Positions 41,141 to 53,268 of a stretch of 64,000 nt of DNA are shown here, piece after piece. The stretch is taken from assembly GCA_951406725.2 (NCBI GenBank), contig OX597831.1, positions 51,150,001-51,214,000 on the forward strand. The letters run 5' to 3'. The notes under the pieces are model-generated. The model saw only the letters and a list, made by a program, of their open reading frames with translations. It did not search any database and was not told where the DNA came from. Position numbers and translations under genes: made by a program. The stretch comes from Octopus vulgaris (lineage: Eukaryota). Positions within the stretch are counted from its first letter, which is position 1; each line of letters opens with the position of its first letter.

Positions 41141-42126
41141 GTGTGTATATCGGTAATCCTAAAGATTTATTCTGACTTTGTATTTCTTGAACTTTTAAAT
41201 GTTTGAGTTGTATGAAAGTCAAATGGATGAATCTCGAGAGCTCCCTGCACTTAAAAAGGGAACCGAGAAATTGGCAAGCCAATAGAATCATTAACACATT
41301 GGACAAAATGCTTAGAACCATTTCTTTTTCAAGTCTTTATATTCTGAGTTCAAATACCACCGCAATCAACTTTGCATTTCATCCTTTCAGAGTTGATAAA
41401 ATAATGTACCAGTCAAGTACTGTGGTCACTCATATCAACTACTCCTTTCCTCCTCTCAAAACTGCTGGCCTCGTACCAAAATATGAAACAAATTTCAGTT
41501 AACTAAAATAACAAAGGGATTTTGAGTTAATATATATTTCATGTGTTGTGCAGTGCAACCAGGTGTCACTAGCAAGCAAGTCTGGCTAAGTAACATATAT
41601 AATGCTTTCACTAATTGTTCTAAGTACCTATACACTCATGAGCAGACACGGAAACACTATTGACCACTTCATCCTTGGCCAAATGGAATATACTGGATGT
41701 GACAGCCGGAGGGTGAGAGAATTGCACAACAATCTACAGCAAGATGCCTTTCTTGTTACCAACCTGCACGTGCTTCCAAATAAGGTAACTTTTTTTACTC
41801 ATGGCTACACTACACATGTTTTCACAGAATATTGGAAATGAAATGATATCCATTTACAACACGTACACAATGTCAAGACAAGGAGAGACAAACACACATA
41901 CTTACACATACAAGCATATATATATATAATTATACATACACACACACACAAACACACAATGGGTTTCTTTCAGTTTCTGTCTACGACATCCACTCACAAG
42001 GCCTTGAATGATCTGGGTCTATAGAAGAAGATAGTTGCCCAATGTGCCACACAGTGGTTGTGATGCAAATTGCATGCTTGTGCCTATTATCCAGTCATAG
42101 AAGGTGGGCCTTAAAATCTTGTAGCA

Positions 42127-42296
42127 TCAGAATCTTAGGGTTAGTAGCCCATGCTCTTAACCATTTCGCCATATGCCCACGGGCAGGTTCAAAATTTCCC
42201 CAAGACACCTGATGAAGGCTGTAGGGTATATCAGCCGAAACGTTGTGTTAACAACAAACAAGATGAAGACAAATATCAGTCAAATATAAATAATGT
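42127..42296 (+). mobile_element. Truncated copy of the tRNA-head/hammerhead element (part of the antisense tRNA head plus one HHR arm)
   Basis: Aligns by eye with 42648-42817. Confidence 0.85.
42204..42249 (+). ncRNA. Minimal type I hammerhead ribozyme (PLE/retrozyme type)
   Basis: GACAC-CUGAUGA-A-GGCUG(10 nt)CAGCC-GAAAC-GUU-GUGUU; palindromic AACGUU stem III. Confidence 0.75.
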
Positions 42297-42503
42297 TGTT
42301 TGTATGGGTGATGGCTAAAAGTAGACTAACCTTCACATTGTTAACTATCAGATTTCCCAGCATCAAGGATGCTCTGGTCTTGAATATACACCCCAATTTT
42401 AACTTTAATTGAAAAGAAGATAAAACATAAAAACAGCAACATCTAGATCCTTATTTACATTATTTACATTCGACGGATATTTGTCCTCATCTTGTTTGTT
42501 GTT

Positions 42504-42546
42504 AACACATTTCGGCTGGTATACCCTCCAGCCTTCATCAGGTGAC
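42504..42546 (-). ncRNA. Hammerhead motif in the left arm (3 nt deleted at the cleavage triplet)
   Basis: GUCAC-CUGAUGA-A-GGCUGG(8 nt)CCAGCC-GAAAU-GUGUU. Confidence 0.65.
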
Positions 42547-42626
42547 TTGGGGAAATTTCAAGCCTGGGTTGTCATTCCTAAGGTATTTGTCGATATTATT
42601 ATTATTATTATTATTATAATTATTCA

Positions 42627-42698
42627 AGTCACAGCCTGGAATCAGACTCAGAATCTTAGGGTTAATAGCCCGCGCTCTTAACCACTACGCCATATGCC
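42627..42698 (-). promoter_or_regulatory. tRNA-derived internal Pol III promoter/head
   Basis: GGCATATGGCGTAGTGGTTAAGAGCG (A box, D arm), GGG-CTATTAA-CCC anticodon arm, decayed B box GTCTGATTCC. Confidence 0.75.
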
Positions 42699-42724
42699 TA
42701 CAAGCAGGTTCAAAATTTCCCCAA

Positions 42725-42770
42725 GTCACCTGATGAAGGCTAGAGGGTATATCATCTGAAATGTTGTGTT
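42725..42770 (+). ncRNA. Hammerhead motif in the right arm (stem II decayed)
   Basis: GUCAC-CUGAUGA-A-GGCUAG..UCAUCU-GAAAU-GUU-GUGUU. Confidence 0.6.
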
Positions 42771-43175
42771 AACAACAAACAAGCTGAAGTGAAATACCCA
42801 TCGAATGTAAGTAATGTACATAATTCCTCATCTCTTAAATATAGAACTGTATTATCTAGATCCTTGTTGATCACTTATCATCTGTATTCTTTTCTTTTAC
42901 TATTACACTACAGAGACATGGCAAGTTTAATAAAGATAACCTTCTGCTGGGGTCAAAATTAGTTTATGAAAAATGTAACTTTTGTCTTCTAGGATGCGTA
43001 GTATATTTTAGATATATTTTAGAAAATATATGGCATAATCAACACCCAGGAACATGAAAGTAACACGTATTATACAATGACATATATGTTGACTTTTTAC
43101 TTGGCATATAACCCCTAAAGCTCTCCCTATATGTGTTAAACAAAGGTGGACTGTATACTTAACATCTGTCAACCA

Positions 43176-43293
43176 TATCATAGCCATATAATATTGAAAA
43201 CACCAGTACTTGCCCTATCACTGAACTTAAGCAATGTTGAGCCCAGTTAGTACTTAGTTGGGTGACCGCTTAGGAAACTTAGATGCATTAAAC
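43176..43293 (+). pseudogene. 5S rRNA pseudogene
   Basis: GCCATA..TTGAAAACACCAGT..ATCACTGAACTTAAGCAA..GAGCCCAGTTAGTACTT..TGGGTGACCGC follows invertebrate 5S with CpG decay. Confidence 0.85.
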
Positions 43294-43656
43294 AAGACCT
43301 TAAGTTTTTCTCCAAAAAAATTTTAGTGTACCCTTAGCACTGTATACAGTTAGCTTGTTATTATTATTATTATTAACTTACTAAAGTATCTCTTAAAAGT
43401 GTTTCTTTTTTTAATTTTTGCTTAGTAATTTGGGGTATATAAAAAAATATATAAAAAAATTTTAATATCAGCAGAGAAACTTAAGCAATTATATGAACAA
43501 ACAAGAATACCATTTTTTACTAAAATTAACATCTAAATATCTTGTGGCTGAATATGTAATAGTTTTGCTGTCATTGGTTAGTCATTTGTTTGTAATTGTG
43601 TAACAATACTATGATCAGAGTACTTCCAACTATAACTACACCATATTTTTATGTAT

Positions 43657-43868
43657 ACTCTTTACTTACTTGTTTCAGTCATTTGACTGTGGCCATGCTG
43701 GAGCACCACCTTTAGTCGAGCAAACCGACCCCAGGACTTATTCTTTGTAAGCCTAGTACTTATCCTATCGGTCTCTTTTGCCGAACCACAAAGTTACGGG
43801 GATGCAAACACACCAGCATAAGTTGTCAAGCGACAACATATATATATGTATATGTGGTCACACACACA

Positions 43869-43902
<34 letters not shown>

Positions 43903-44071
43903 CATATATACGATGGGCTTCTTTCAGTTTCCGTCTACAAAATCCACTCACAAGGCTTTCGTCGGCCTGAGGCTATAGTAGAACACACTTGCCCAAGGTG
44001 CCACACGGTGGGACTGAACCCAGAACCATGTGGTTGGTAAGCAAGCTACTTACCACACAGCCACTCCTGCG
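43657..44071 (-). mobile_element. SINE family A
   Basis: Family match. Confidence 0.9.
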
Positions 44072-45207
44072 TATCTAGGATTACATCGTTCAATGTGCCC
44101 TTTTTTTTAAGACACTATGGTGAGCTTTGCAAGAATTTCGCTGGTATTTCTAGCAGAGTGAGCAACTGCATACAGGCTAACTATATATATATATATATAT
44201 ATATTAGATGGTAGGAGGTGTGGCAAAGATGGTAGTTACTGTACAAATTACGTTACTGAGGTCAATAAAAGTACAAGCCAAAGTACAGGAGGTCAGTATT
44301 GATTAACCTTCTCCTGTCAAATTTCTAGTTTGATGCTATGATAAAGATTTCCTAGGGCTAGACGTCCTTCTTGTTGCAAACCTCCACAGGTTTTCGAACC
44401 CAGAGCTAGAGAACAAGACACATGCTCAAGGTGACATGCAATGGAACCGAACCCAAAACCATGTGGTTGGGAAGCAAACTTCTGAACCACAAGCCATGCC
44501 TGTGCTTACATTATACACACAGACATGCACATATTCCTTACTTGCGATCTCTGAAGAGCATGTGATATTACCTAACCATGCTGTTATATAATATCCAGCT
44601 AACTAATTCCCAGTGCAAAACTAATTAAGATTAGCTGAAATGAATAAATGAATAAACGAATGAATGAATGAATGAATGAATGGATGGATGGATGGATGGA
44701 TAACAAACTAGCAGAAAACTGGTCTTAAGTAAACTATGTCCAAAGAAAATAGATAGTCATGGTTGGAATATATTTGAGCAAAGTTCTGCTGGATAAAATT
44801 GACTGTAGCTAAATAATAACTGATATAGATCTTTAGATCTGCTTGTAAGAACTTGAAATAATCAAATAGTCCGGTTAGAAACAATTTTAAATTTAGTTGC
44901 TTTAAAAAAAATGTCAAGGACATTATATAACTGATGATGCATTCTTAGATATGCCTGAAACAAAACGAAAAATTCTTTTAAAAGCACAAAGATCATGAAT
45001 ATAACGCCTTTGATCCTAAAGCCTGTTACATCTGTTCTTACACGGGGGTGGTCGGAGGAGGTGGGGTTATAAACAACAACGAGAACAGATTTTTGTTTTT
45101 GTTTTGGTTGTATTTGTGTTTTCTTTTTCTTTGTGTGTGTGTTACAGCAGAAAGTAATTGATGATGTGATATGTCAGCACTTCTTAACCAAGTAACTGTA
45201 AATGAAA

Positions 45208-45556
45208 ACAAGAGCACTCAGAGAGCGCAAACCTCCACCAACAGCCTCTCAACGATTAGCCAGAGATTATTTTTAGAATGAGAATATCTGAAATAAACTC
45301 AACTGCTCTCACAAATGAGAATACTAAGAATGAACCCGACCGCTCTCAGAAATTAATTAAAAAAAAGAAACAGAAAAATAATCCAGAATCCTTGCCCAAT
45401 GCCGGATCGATCCCAAAATCTAATCAGTTCGTGCCGGTCACGAAGTCAAACATCCTTGAAAGCTTCATCTGAATCCATCCAGCGGTTCTTGAGATATCTT
45501 GTTCACAGACAAACAAATGCGACTGAAAACAATACCTCTACCTTCGCTAAGGTTAA
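45208..45556. mobile_element. Possible Helentron-associated (HINE-like) non-autonomous repeat
   Basis: AACAAGAG start and AAAACAATACCTC..hairpin end resemble molluscan HINE-like repeats as I recall them; CpG-rich relative to flanks. Confidence 0.4.
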
Positions 45557-46119
45557 GGAAATAGAATCCAACATATTTACTTTATGATACAGAGAATGCA
45601 TCAATGAACATTTGAAGAGATATTGTGCTGCTTCAAATGGAGGTGAAGCCAAATGAAGAATGCCAAGGTTCCTCCTCATGAAAGAAGAGTAATCAAAGAA
45701 ATGTAATATCAGAGAGGGGAGGTAAAGAGGAAGGAGGGAGGGAGAGTGAGAAAATGAGAGAGTATGTGTGTGTGTGTATGTGTGTGTGTGTGCGTGTGCA
45801 TGTGAAGTAGAGAGTGTGTGAATGAATAAGAGGGTGGGAGGAGTGGAGAGCAAAGTTGCTTCTTTAATTCAGTTATAACACTGATGAATGTAATAATAAT
45901 AATGGGTTCAAATTTTGGCATGAGGCCAGTAATTTTAGGGAGATGGGGTTTGAAAACTTCATCGACCACAGTAAGCAACTGGTATTTTAGTTTATCAACC
46001 CTGGAAGGATGAAAGATAAAGTCGATCTTAGCAAGATCTGAAACACAACACAAAGAGCTTGAAGAAATGCCAGTAAGCATTTTGTCCAGCATGCTAACAA
46101 TTCTGCCAGCCCACTGCAG

Positions 46120-46515
46120 GGACGAAGAGGAGGGGGGGAAAGAGGAGGAAGAAGGGGGAGGAAGAAGAGGAGGGGAGGAAGAGGAGGGGAGGAAGAGGAG
46201 GGTAGGGGGAGGGATAAGAAGGGGAGGAAGGAGGGAAGAAGGGGGAGGAAGAAGAGGAAGAAGGGGGAGGAAGAAGAGGAAGAAGGGGAGGAGGAGGAAA
46301 TGGAGGTGGAGGAAGAAGAAGGGGAGGAGGAGGATATGTAGGAGGAGGAGGAAGAAGAAGAAGAGGAAGGGGAGGAGGAGGAGGAAATGGAGGTGGAGGA
46401 AGAAGAAGGGGAGGAGGAAATGTAGGAGGAGGAGGAAGAAGAAGAAGAGGAAGGGGAGGAGGAGGAAATGGAGGGGGAGGGGTAAGAAATAGAGGAGGAG
46501 GAGGGGAGGAGGAAG
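46120..46515. repeat. Polypurine (GGA/GAA)n tract
   Basis: Direct. Confidence 0.95.
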
Positions 46516-46529
46516 TTTGAGAAAATCAG

Positions 46530-46735
46530 GATCCGGCTGAAGAGACTGCGAAAGACCAAGGCAACAAACAATTATTTTATAGTAATAGGTGTACTTAGCA
46601 CAACACCCAAAATGCTACCTAAAAGACTGAAAGACATTGGAATTGAAACTTGAATTGAAGACCTGCAGAAAATTACAATCCTATATTTTGCAAAGAGCCT
46701 ACATAAGATTCTTGAGATGTGAGGAGACTTGTTGT
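46530..46735 (+). mobile_element. R4/Dong-type non-LTR element C-terminus
   Basis: IVIGVLSTTPKMLPKRLKDIGI...IEDLQK..IL..A..L.KILEM*GDLL. Confidence 0.7.
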
Positions 46736-47195
46736 GGTGGTGATGAAGATTTCATTCTTATCTCCACAGAAGCAATTGATATGAGAACATTACATGAATA
46801 GATTACAATAGTAGTGTTTGCATTGAAATTGAATGAATATACATCATCATCATTATTTCATGTCCACTTTCATGCTGGCATGGGTTGGACAGTTTGACAT
46901 GGAGCTGGGTAGCAGGGAGCTATTCAGATTCCAGCTGTCTGTTGAGGCATAGTTTCTACGACTGGATGCCCTTCCCAATGCCAACCACTTAACAGAGTGT
47001 GCTGGGTGTGCTTTTTATGAGCCAGCGGTACGGGTGCATTTACACAACACAGGCACAAGTGCATTGTGTACACCACACCCACCAAAGCCCTGCCCACCCA
47101 CCAAAACTTGTCCTTCCATATGAAAATGTTAACTCCCGGGAATCCCTTACCATACTACTGCACATGCTTTCTTGTAGTTATTGGCTTGCAATATA

Positions 47196-47657
47196 GGTAC
47201 AGGTGTGGATGTGTGGTGAGAACTTTTTTCCCCAACCACATGGTTCCAGGTTCAATCCTACTACTTGGTGCCTTGGGCAAGTGTCTTCTACTATAGCCTC
47301 AGGCTGACCAAAGCTTTGTGAGTGGATCTGGTGGACAGAAACTGAAAGAAGCTCGTCATATGTGTGTATGTGTGTGTGGTGTGTGTATGTGTGTGTGGTG
47401 TGTGTATGTGTGTGTGTCTTCATGTCTGTGTTTGTCTCCTCTTAACCCTCCCCCACATACACACACTGCTTGACAACCAGTGTTGGTGTATTTACTTCCC
47501 CGTAACTTAGCAGTTCAACAAAGGAGACTGATAGAATAAGTACCACGCCTTGAAAATAAGTACTGAGGTCGATTCATTTGACTAAAAATTCTTCAAGGCA
47601 GTGCCCCAGCATGGCCATAGTCTAATGACTGAAACAAGTAAAAGTTAAATGATAAAA
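47196..47657 (+). mobile_element. SINE family A
   Basis: Family match. Confidence 0.88.
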
Positions 47658-47988
47658 ATACTTCAAACAGAATCTTGTGAGCTCAAAGGATGTGCAAAGG
47701 CTATGGGCATGGCCCTTCCATTCAGAATAAGCTGGTAAAAGAAAAAAAGGAAAATTGCCTTTCATCCTCTGGAGTCAATGAAATAAAGTCCTCATCATAT
47801 ACTGGGGCTGATTCAATCAACTGATATTGTGATCTTCCAGACTTCTTCAAGTGAAAGGTGATGGCTAAGGATCCAAAATGAATCTTTTAGGTTATGCTTA
47901 AGCATCCCTAAAGACAGATGATGGGCATAAACATCACAGTTGCAGTATTCCTTTTAGAGTCAATGACCCCAGGTATTTTTAGCATTAA

Positions 47989-48452
47989 CCCTTTAGCATT
48001 TAAACCGGCCGTATCCGGCCCAAATATTCTACCTGTCTTATGTTCACACCAGCCAGATCTTATTTCTTTATTGCCCACAAGGGGCTAAAGATAGAGGGGA
48101 CAAACAAGGACAGACAAAGGGATTAAGTCGATTACATCGACCCCAGTGTGTAACTGGTACTTAATTTATCAACCCCGAAAGGATGAAAGGCAAAGTCGAC
48201 CTCGGCGGAATTTGAACTTAGAACGTAACGGCAGACAAAATACAGCTAAGCATTTCGTCCAGCGTGCTAACGTTTCTGCCAGCTCGCCACCTTACAAACC
48301 AGCCAGATCTGGCCTCTCACACCTGCCTAACAGTTCTAAAAATAGTTCTAAAAATAAACAATCACATAGCTACAAGATAATGCATGATTAATTTCAAAAT
48401 AATGTGAATAAATAAGTATTACATTTGACAGTGTAATCTGAATGCTAACAGG
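47989..48452. mobile_element. piggyBac-type MITE with nested SINE C (48061-48293, minus strand, TSD ACCAGCCAGATCT)
   Basis: TTAA|CCCTTTAGCATT...AATGCTAACAGG|TTAA. Confidence 0.8.
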
Positions 48453-50220
48453 TTAACAGGTAATGACAATGATGATGATAACAACAATGTATATTTGATG
48501 AGCTTCCTGATAGTTTCCATCTGTTAATTTCACTCACAAAGCATTGTTCAGACTGAGGCTAAAGGGTTACAGTAGAAGAGATTTGCCCAAGACACCTCAC
48601 AGTCGAACCAAACCTGATTTCACACAGATGTGAAGCAAACGTCCGAACCATACAGACATGACTCTGTTTATATATTCATATATATTTAAATAGTTAATTA
48701 ATTAATTAACTCTTCTGTTTTATGGTAAAATCATCTAAAAGTGAGACTTCTGTGCCATACTACAAAGATAACTTTGACAGTGCAAGATGTCAGTGACCAC
48801 AAGCTAGCAAAGTTAGAGATAAACAAGTGACAAATCAAAAAAAAAAAAACCGTGGGATGAAAGAAAATTCTAGGTTGTAGATTGAGACAATATTGATCAG
48901 CAAAACAAAGATCAATGCAAGTTCATTGATATATTTATATAAATATATATCATATTAATTTTATATTAGAAATACAAAAATATTACAATAAATAATTTCA
49001 AAATGAATAATAATTTTTATCTTTGGCACAATGCCAAGTCACAATACCGTTGATGAAATTGATCTCAAGCATTTAATGAGAGAGAACCCTTAAGTAGTCG
49101 CTTTATTTGCTAGAAATATCAACCAAATCTTTCTCAAGTCTCACTCTATCATCCTAAAAAAAGAAGCACACATTGGATAATTTATCCCTGAATGCATTTA
49201 CCTGTCACTGAAAAGCTAATATGGCCAGGAAGCTCTGTACTATGCTTATGCTAATTCTTTTTAAGAGCTTGCGTAGCTGTTGTGAGCAGACCTCGAGACC
49301 TTCTCAGTCCTCCCACACTTGACCCAGTGGAACATCAAGGATGTGAGAGCTGGTGGGAGAAAACACTACACCAGCACTAGGCTAATACAACAGCATTCTA
49401 CAGAGAGCTGATGGGGTATGTACCATAAAAATTCTTGAAACATCTTCAATAAAAGCCATCTGAAAAGTTGTAGGAGTCGTCAAGAGTTCATGGAGGTCAT
49501 AGGAAGTTGATGAGATAATTGAGGAGTTTGTATTTATTGGAGTATTGTGTTTAGTGGAGTATTTTGAAGTATGTCATGTGAAGACAGTTGCGTTTATGTT
49601 CGCTTCTTGAAATCTGTATATCCAACGTATAGAAGGATATTAAAAAAAGGTTGCACTATGAAGACATATGACTATCAACTAGCAGATGAAACTAACTATC
49701 ACTGAGTAAAACTATTATATGGGGGATAAGGGTGATGCAGATCTGACTTCAAAATCATCATCATCATCAGACTGAGCAAATTTGACACAATGATGATGAT
49801 AGTGACAGCCAATAGACAAACAAATTCAAAATATATTTTAAATTTAATATATATATATATTTTTATATTTTCTAAGACCTTTCCTTTTTCAATTTCTATT
49901 ACTAAAAATTTCTGGTAATTGGCTTACTATATTTATTCTGTGATGTCATAATTAAGAAGAAAAAAAATTAAATACACACACTCACACACATACAAATTAA
50001 ATTAAAATATATGTATTTCTAAAACAAAATTTGAAAATCAAAACAAAGCAAAACAAAACAAAAAAAAACAAATAGATTAATTTACTTGCTTAAGTAAACA
50101 GTAAGGAAAAATGATTTAATTAAAAAATGAACTTAAAACATTTAACAACAAAATTCCATACTTTATTTTGTTATAAACTATCTATAGCAGAAGGTAATTA
50201 CAATAACAACAACAACAATG

Positions 50221-50262
<42 letters not shown>

Positions 50263-50319
50263 GTGATGGTGGTGGTGACGGTGGTCGTAATAGAAATTGA
50301 GGTTACTGGTGATTGTTGC

Positions 50320-50800
50320 TGATCAATTACAATTGAAGAAACTTATCAAAACTCTTCCAGATACCAGTCCATCTTTAAAAAATATAACAGTTTGGAGAGC
50401 AGACTGGAGGAATCTAACTTTCAAACCAAAGCCTCATCTAAGAAGTGAGTGCAAGTACATCTGTGGGTAAATCTGCTAAAGATCTCATGAAATGGCTCTC
50501 TATTTGTTGGGGGTAAAAAAAGAGAACCAAAGCTCTTAAAAACAATGGCAGAAGCAGTTCAAAAGAGTTCCAACTGGATTTGGTCAAAGACAAATGGAAG
50601 TGAATTCCAGAAGGCATAATTTATCTTACAGTCACCTGGTGTCTTAGACTGAACTGGATAAACACCTTGATCATCCAGTAAGGTTACAATGGAAACAGTA
50701 GCAGAGAATGTAGCACCAGAGAAATATCCAGGAGTCACGACTTGGATGTGGCCTTACCCCTTAGAGTGAAAGGGGTTAAGGGCTGAAACACTTGAGGGGT
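50320..50800 (+). mobile_element. HERO-like RLE non-LTR 3' remnant
   Basis: KALKTMAEAVQKSSNWIWSK resembles the HERO C-terminus; heavily decayed. Confidence 0.5.
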
Positions 50801-51970
50801 GCTTCTTCTCCAAAGACCTTCTGCTATTCAGCTCTCCCTGAAGTTTCTCTACTTATCATTTTTATATGTCTAGGATTACATTGCTAAATAAGTCCTTCCT
50901 TCATTAAAATTAGTAAGGCATTATTTGAGGGAATTTTGGTGCTGTTTCTAGTATGTCAAGCAACCAGATAGAGACTCCCTTGTAGTTGTTGCAGTTGTTG
51001 CTTAGCCCCAGGTTAACCAAGATCCAGTAGACCTATAATTATAGGCATGCCCACTTTGACAAACCCAGTCTTCTTAAAAGTATCTTGGACTGAATTGTTC
51101 AAAGTATGGTGCCGCAACTTAAAGAAATTGAACCACTATTTCTAGTATTTTGAGCAACCACACAGAGATATTTTTGTTGGTTCATGATGGTGATGGTTGT
51201 AGTGGTAGTGATGGTTGTAGGTGGAGGTGATGAAGGCAGTGACAGTGACGGTGGTGTAGTGGGGGATGGTAGCGGTGGTGACAGTGGAGATGGTGACGTT
51301 GGTGGTGCTGGTGATGATGGTGGGGTGGGGTTTGCCTTCATTGTAGTTCAGCCTGTGGCTGTAATAGTGGTGATAGCATTAAAATAATAGAAAAAACGGT
51401 AGAAGCAATAGTAACGAGTACAAAGCTAGATAACTCCCACCACCACCACCACTGCAAATGACATGAAGGAAGAAAGATCAGGGTGGAGATGAGATAGAGG
51501 TAGCCTCACAAAACAAGTATAGACGAAAGCATTATAAAAATAAATAAATAAGACGTTAAACCAAACAAAACCAACCAATCAAGCATTGATGATATTAAGC
51601 AAATTAGATATACTTGAAACAGACTATGAGGCTACAATCAGTGAGATACATGACAACAAATAGAGTCTAGAAAGTTCAATTTATCAGCTAGTTTACTCTT
51701 TCAACACAAACAATAAAACACTTGTAATGTATATGTGTGTGCGTGTATGTATGTATGTGTGCAATGTCTCTCTGTGTGTGTGTATGTATATATGTGTGTA
51801 TATATGTGGGTGTCTATGTGTATGTATATATGTGTGTGTGTGTGTGTACATATATGTGTGTATATATGTATATATGGGTATGTGTGTATGTGTATACATA
51901 TGTATGTGTGTATATGTATATATAAATATATATGTATATATGCATGTGTGTGTATATATATAGAAATATG

Positions 51971-52018
<48 letters not shown>

Positions 52019-52575
52019 ATCATTTTTTATTTACATCCACTTTTCTGTGCCCTCATGAGTCAGGTGCAATTTTGTTGAGGTGGGTTTTCTACAAACACTC
52101 TAATTTTTGTGTACCCCTATTAATTCATACTTAGCTTATATAAGACAATACCAGTATCTCCATAACATAAAATAATTCAATTTAATTAAATAAGTATATA
52201 GCTAACATGTTCTTTAGCTTCAGTGCTCCTTTATTAAATACCAGTAGAATCCAATTGACCAATCTCCAGAGATACCATCTAATAAGTTTATATTTAGATA
52301 AATAATAAGTATAAATATTGAACTATTTCTATGTAATTTTCTTTTCCTCCATCTATTGAGGTCATTAGGAGTAGGGACTTTATTATGTCTGTGGCTACCC
52401 TGCATATGTTACTTATTTTCTTACTTTTGTGTATCTTGGGAATACTGCAGAATCAACTGGTTTTACTTTTGGATTGGTCATATAGTCATATTCTTAGTCA
52501 GTGAGCCCTTCTCTGTATAGGTTTAACATGGATTTTAGGTCTCATTATTTTCTACTGACTGTAGTGTTGGGACTT

Positions 52576-53150
52576 TCATAATATGTTGTGTCTTCTAATA
52601 TGAGATTTGAGGCCAGCAAAAGACAGGCATGGTCTGTCACAGACTGTGCACACAAAAAGGTCATTGTTATTCACCTTCTCAATTATTACATCCTTCCTTA
52701 GATCTCTTTTGAGTCTTACTTGTGTTATCCTGGCCTCTTCAAATGCTTTTACTCCACTCCACACCTTTGCTCACCATCTACCTCCATCTACAACAAGGGT
52801 TTCTATATCTTCTGGAGCCATTCCAAGTGACTTCATAGTAGTCTTTATGCTGCCCTTAAACCTTTTTTTTAGGTTTACACCAATAGCATTTCCACTCTGC
52901 AAGCTCACCATAAAACAGCTGTTTTGGCATGCACTCATCTGCTATTTGAACAATATGGTCGCACCATCTCAATTGGTTCCTCAAAATCATAGCTTTAATT
53001 GAGGTGATGCCTGCAGATGCAAGGACATCTGTTTTTGGAGTAAAAGAACTCCATTTAATTTTTTAAATGCAATGAAGGCATTTTTGGTGGAATTGTTCAA
53101 ACATTTTGAAATGCCTTTCAAAACAAGTCCAAGTTTCACAGGAATACAAC
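52576..53150 (-). mobile_element. RTE-clade LINE C-terminal remnant with C2H2 finger
   Basis: LYSCETWT..FHQKCL..I, QLRWCDHIV, MPKQLFYGEL, CTVCDRPCLSFAGLKSHIRRH. Confidence 0.88.
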
Positions 53151-53268
53151 ATATATATACATATATACATATTTACATATATATATATATATGTGTACAT
53201 ATATATACATATATATATATATACAAATATATACACACACGCACACACACACACACACACACATATAT

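Larger units (their letters stand above)
42453..42853. mobile_element. 401-bp non-autonomous element: inverted HHR arms around a tRNA-like head, 30-bp tail, 12-bp TSD
   Basis: TSD ATCTAGATCCTT at 42441-42452 and 42854-42865; arms 42451-42566 and 42705-42823. Confidence 0.85.

Noticed and set aside
46067-46492. Arg/Gly-rich protamine-like ORF
   Set aside because: Starts in an antisense SINE head and runs through a GA-rich simple repeat
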